NCBI GenBank assembly: GCA_050014495.1
Contig: JBEKDF010000019.1
Location: 1-52,091, forward strand
Origin: Candidatus Bathyarchaeia archaeon
GTDB lineage: Archaea; Thermoproteota; Bathyarchaeia; TCS64
Length of the DNA: 52,091 nt
Reading direction: 5' to 3'
In this document: positions 48,365 through 52,091 of the stretch, piece after piece
Layout of the letters: every line of letters begins with the position of its first letter
Position numbering within the stretch: the first letter of the stretch is position 1
Made by a program: the position numbers and the translations under genes
The notes under the pieces: model-generated
What the model was told of the DNA's origin: nothing
The model's database searches: none
Seen by the model: the letters and a program-made list of their open reading frames with translations, nothing else

Positions 48365-49723
48365 TTACTTGGAGCCTAGTTTTTTAGCGAGTTCCACGGT
48401 TATCGAGGCCACATCCTCAGCGGATTCGCCCACAATTGAAACCATGGCCTCCTTGCCCCAGTCTCCGACATGATAGATCGCGTCAGGCACCCTACCTATT
48501 CTCCGAACTGCTTGCTCCGCACCCCAGAAAGTTGTGCCACCCTCACGGCTCTTCACCTCCGGTGGCTCCTCTCTTCTATCATAGTAAGATACCGTGAGAT
48601 CCATCTCCTCGAGGGCCTTGATGATGTCCTCTCCATACCTTAGGTTGATTGCCGCCCTCTTAAAGTCATCAAATGACTTTACTGCCAATATTGTCCGCGC
48701 AACGTGGCTTGAAGCACCGAAGCGTGGACAGCCTGTGGCTTTTACTCCATCTCTCATCTTGACTATCCGTCCCTCGATCGCAGCAACGTCCTTGATTCCT
48801 GCTGAGTAGGAAAGAGCCATCCCGATGTTCATCTGAACCTCGGCGACGAGGTCCCTCACCTCCGGGCAGCTCTCCAGCATCTTGACCGCGCCTTGGATGT
48901 TTTCGAGCACCATGTATCTCTCGGCGTCGTTGAAGAGTTTAGCCGCTGGGTTAAGTGGTCCACTCCCTTTTCCAATTCTTAGCCCGTATTTGATCGATGT
49001 GTTGACGAAGTCCTTAGCTTCCGAGGCTGATTCTGTTACCGTCAAACCCTTCGCGAGACCCGCCGCGATGGCGGAGGCGAAGCTGCACCCAGTCCCATGC
49101 GTGTCCTTTGTATCATATCGTTCACCAACGAGGAGGGTGAACTCCCCGTCGTGGAGCAGGATGTCAACCGCCTTATCGGTCTCGAATATGTGGCCACCCT
49201 TCACTAGCACCGATTTCGGGCCCATGGAGGAGATTTTTTCAGCAGCCCTCTTTCCCTCCTCGATGTTCCTGACCCTTACACCGGAGATGGCCTCGGCCTC
49301 CACCGCGTTAGGAGTTACAACCGTTGCCAGTGGGAAGATCCTCTTGATGAGCGTTTCCTTAGCCTCGGGTAATAGTAGCAGGGTGCTACTCTTCGAGATC
49401 ATAACGGGATCAACCACTATGGGACATCTAATTGTCTCCAGCTCATCGGCGACTGCCCCAATTATCTCGGATGTGTGAAGCATACCCGTCTTAACCGCGT
49501 CCACGCCGATGTCGTCAACAACCGCCCTGATCTGAGCCTTGATTATATCGATCGGTATGTCATAGACCGACCTGACCTCAACCGTGTTCTGAGCGGTCAC
49601 AGAGGTGATCGCTGACATTCCATGAACCCCAAGAGCCATCATGGTCTTGAGGTCTTCCTGTATTCCAGCGCCGCCACTCGAGTCTGATCCCGCGATCGTC
49701 AAGCATCTGTACACCCTTCTCAT
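48365..49723 (-). CDS. thiDN: Bifunctional HMP/HMP-P kinase and thiamine-phosphate synthase (ThiD-ThiN fusion)
   Basis: LTIAGSDSSGGAGIQ, VDPVM, TPN, HGTGC (ThiD); EVQMNI, FGASSHVA, GDWGKE (ThiN). Start at ATG 49723 with SD-like AGGTG. Confidence 0.93.
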   Translation of the reverse strand: MRRVYRCLTIAGSDSSGGAGIQEDLKTMMALGVHGMSAITSVTAQNTVEVRSVYDIPIDIIKAQIRAVVDDIGVDAVKTGMLHTSEIIGAVADELETIRCPIVVDPVMISKSSTLLLLPEAKETLIKRIFPLATVVTPNAVEAEAISGVRVRNIEEGKRAAEKISSMGPKSVLVKGGHIFETDKAVDILLHDGEFTLLVGERYDTKDTHGTGCSFASAIAAGLAKGLTVTESASEAKDFVNTSIKYGLRIGKGSGPLNPAAKLFNDAERYMVLENIQGAVKMLESCPEVRDLVAEVQMNIGMALSYSAGIKDVAAIEGRIVKMRDGVKATGCPRFGASSHVARTILAVKSFDDFKRAAINLRYGEDIIKALEEMDLTVSYYDRREEPPEVKSREGGTTFWGAEQAVRRIGRVPDAIYHVGDWGKEAMVSIVGESAEDVASITVELAKKLGSK

Positions 49724-49800
49724 AGCTTCACACCTCTTTGTATCGGGTCTAACGTTGCTCCTTAAATCCTTGGCTGGTTGGATGCGCATTTTTCTACTAG

Positions 49801-50355
49801 TCATAATCGAATCACTCCATCCATCTTCTCCCCAAGAATCAGAACTAGTTCCCTCTCACGTTTTGATAGGCCTGTTCCGAGGTCGTTTTTCAGCCTCTCG
49901 CCGAGGTACGCGTTCACAACAGATGTTTGAGCCCTGGAGATTACGGCGTATAGTGTGTCTAGTTTCCCTCTCTGCAGATACATGGAGGCGTCATTGATGA
50001 AAAGTATATCTGAGGGTGATTTGATGAACGCTTCAAGTACTTTTTCTATTTTGGCCTTGTTCGATTCAGCTATTGATACGAGTTCCCCCGGTGTCTTCGC
50101 AGTTAGACGTGGTGCCCTTAAATTCGAAGGATTCAACTCCCGAATTCTATTAACAGGGTATTCCAGGAGTTTGCCGCCGATCGATTCGTTTGATGTCGAG
50201 ACCCTTTCTGGAGCCATGTCTATCAGGGTGATATCATCATCCCCTTCGAGTGCTTCGTTCAGGAGCTTCCTCGTGAGCGTGGTCTTTCCCGACCCTACCT
50301 CTCCCGTGATTAGGATGCGCCTCCCGTAGACATCGCTAAATGATGTGTTTATCAA
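49801..50355 (-). CDS. Small P-loop NTPase of unknown function
   Basis: Walker A GEVGSGKT; ILFIND; overlaps thiW. Confidence 0.8.
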   Translation of the reverse strand: MINTSFSDVYGRRILITGEVGSGKTTLTRKLLNEALEGDDDITLIDMAPERVSTSNESIGGKLLEYPVNRIRELNPSNLRAPRLTAKTPGELVSIAESNKAKIEKVLEAFIKSPSDILFINDASMYLQRGKLDTLYAVISRAQTSVVNAYLGERLKNDLGTGLSKRERELVLILGEKMDGVIRL

Positions 50356-50920
50356 GGCCCGATCTTCTCAGCAGCTTGATAATCATTAAGCCCAAGATTG
50401 ATCCAGGTATGCAACTGGCGGCGAAGGCCAACCAGAAGAAGTAGAGGGTTGCTGACCCCCCCATTAGCGGTGACACCACTAACGCGCTTAGGGTTGCTCC
50501 TATAACGACTGTCCCAAGCGGCTCCGTCAATGCGGCGTAGTCCGTCTTCTTTATATATCTATAGACAAGCCCGACGACTAATCCACCAAATATGCTGCCT
50601 GGGTACGCGTAGATGGTGCCAACACCGAGGCCTACTCGGATCGTCGCTGTCATGAATGCCATAATCACGGCGTACCATGGACCGAGAAGTATGCCAGCTA
50701 TCGCGTTGATCATATGCTGCGAGGGTGCGACCTTCGTCACACCTATTGGGATACTCAGCGATCCCAACACAACGCTAAGAGCTGTGAGAACCGCTGCTAG
50801 TGCCAGCTTCCTGGTCGTTGTTCGTACTAGCCCAACATTTGTATCGGGCTCTTTCACATAGGTCATCAAAAAATTGACAAGTTCTGATTTCTTGCTAATC
50901 GAATCTGATCTGTTTTCCAT
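50336..50920 (-). CDS. thiW: ECF S-component ThiW (thiazole precursor uptake)
   Basis: PSQHMINAIAGILLGPWYA, YAYPGSIFG, EPLGTVVIG. Start reassigned to ATG 50920 (or 50866) because the upstream part of the ORF is a riboswitch. Confidence 0.9.
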   Translation of the reverse strand: MENRSDSISKKSELVNFLMTYVKEPDTNVGLVRTTTRKLALAAVLTALSVVLGSLSIPIGVTKVAPSQHMINAIAGILLGPWYAVIMAFMTATIRVGLGVGTIYAYPGSIFGGLVVGLVYRYIKKTDYAALTEPLGTVVIGATLSALVVSPLMGGSATLYFFWLAFAASCIPGSILGLMIIKLLRRSGLDKHII

Positions 50921-50925
50921 TTCTT

Positions 50926-51010
50926 TTTCCTCCGCCGGTATTACCCGGATCAGGTTCCAAGGGTCGACGTTTATCGTCCTCTCAGCCGGGATGATTCCCA
51001 GCTCCCCTTC
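50926..51010 (-). ncRNA. TPP riboswitch aptamer (THI element)
   Basis: Minus strand AAGGGGAGCTGGGA...TCCCGGCTGAGAGGACG...CGTCGACCCTTGGAACCTGATCCGGGTAATACCGGCGGAGG matches the TPP consensus; directly upstream of thiW-thiDN. Confidence 0.9.
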
Positions 51011-51058
51011 CAACACTATACCCTCACTTGGCATCAGATAAGAATTACTAACTCGTGA

Positions 51059-51370
51059 ATAAGTGGGATAAGTCTATGGCCCCAAACCCAAACCCAAACA
51101 AGCCTCCCAAGAAGCACCGATACACTCACTCAACGAAGCCCTTGATGCGCCGAACCATACCAGGAGAGCCCAGCCTGACAGCCGAAAAGGCCACAGCAAG
51201 CATCGAGATCAGGCTCAGAGAAACATGAATCCCCACCTGAGCCAGACCCCTGACCCTGAGACCATCCAGAAGCAACCACTCTTTAGCACGACCAAAGAGA
51301 CGCTCTTTGCTCCATCGCTTCCGGAACAACTCAACAATCCTCCTAGCACCCTTAGCAACGAACGTACCCG
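51059..51370 (-). pseudogene. 3' remnant of a DDE transposase/IS related to 7169..8363
   Basis: FVAKGARRIVELFRKRWSKERLF...LRVRGLAQVGIHV aligns with FRVKGDPRLVGLYRLRMSVERSF...LRWRGVAKVRMHV. The end motif ATAAGTG at 51059 equals the first 7 nt of that element's TIR. Confidence 0.75.
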
Positions 51371-51824
51371 ACCATGAACGCGTCCCTCAGCGCGCGCGTC
51401 AATCAGCTAGTTGTTAATTCTCCAAATGAGATGGTTGGCATAACGTTGCTTGGGAGGAATTCCTTCATTCTCGCCCAACGAACTCTATTATTGCCAGCTT
51501 CAGTGTTGGAGATATCGACGAACATGCGGTAGTTGACCATAGAGGTAACGCTGCTGCCGCCTGGGCTGCAGGAACCCCTAGGATCCTGGAAATATTCGCT
51601 TTCAATCACTCCAGGCGACCGACCATATACAAACGGGTACGCTTGCTTGAGCGAGACAGCAACGTAGTTTCAGCTCGACCCAGCTAAGTTGTATCCCCAG
51701 TACGCGCGCGCTTTGACTGGCTCGTTAAAGCGGGCGATCAACCATGGTGGCTGAGTCGATCCAAGCCCTGCAGGACAGGCGTACGCGAAAAACGTTAAAT
51801 GAAGGCGTAAACTCAGCGACCTAC

Positions 51825-52091
51825 ATGGGAAAAAGGCTCATAATAGATCTAAAAGATGCTAAAACAGGTGTCTTACACGGTGGACAAGGCATCTTCAGGA
51901 TCCTAATCGACAAAAAGACCACGGGCGCGAACAATTTTTCTATGCTGGTCAACACCTCGAAGGCTGGAGCAAGGGGCTCAGAGCACAGGCACGATGTTGA
52001 GCATGGCTTCTACATCCTCTCTGGGACTGGAACGATCTATCTTGACGGTGAGCCGAAGAAGATCTCTCCGAGGGAGGCGGTCTTCGTGCCG
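51825..52091 (+). CDS. Cupin-domain protein (truncated by window end)
   Basis: MGKRLIIDLK...SEHRHDVEHGFYILSGTG...AVFVP, cupin motifs 1 and 2. Confidence 0.85.
   Translation, partial: MGKRLIIDLKDAKTGVLHGGQGIFRILIDKKTTGANNFSMLVNTSKAGARGSEHRHDVEHGFYILSGTGTIYLDGEPKKISPREAVFVP

Noticed and set aside
49724..49804. N-terminal extension of ThiDN
   Set aside because: ThiD homology starts at MRRVYRCLTIAGSD, which has its own SD-like sequence.
50921..51034. N-terminal extension of ThiW in the ORF track
   Set aside because: Coincides with the TPP aptamer; not ThiW-like sequence.
51403..51609. 68-aa minus-strand ORF
   Set aside because: No recognisable motif or SD; lies between CG tracts beside an IS remnant and may be debris.

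Overview
Archaeal genomic DNA, most plausibly TACK/Bathyarchaeia-like. This is inferred from a TackOD1-type protein, class III signal-peptide pilins, ThiDN, CofE and ArsR-TM regulators. The core is a type IV pilus-like locus (20.9-36.3 kb): five minor pilin-like genes, a major pilin, an assembly ATPase and two TadC-like platform proteins. One minor pilin is a 1938-aa protein with nested DUF2341/LamG, beta-propeller and jelly-roll inserts. A second giant pilin-fused adhesin (~2300 aa) opens the window. Between them are a kinase-less signalling island (V4R, REC-wHTH, stand-alone wHTHs, DUF5658-like membrane proteins, TackOD1) and a membrane-anchored Ig-repeat protein. Mobile DNA comprises two DDE insertion sequences with defined ends, a tnpB-only IS200/IS605 element and a transposase remnant. 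The right part carries an XRE-CBS regulator, an MFS transporter, cofE, two paralogous ArsR-TM sensors, and a thiW-NTPase-thiDN operon preceded by a TPP riboswitch aptamer. Short alternating (CG)n/(CA)n tracts recur in about 20 intergenic positions. All family assignments come from motif recognition by eye, not from database searches.
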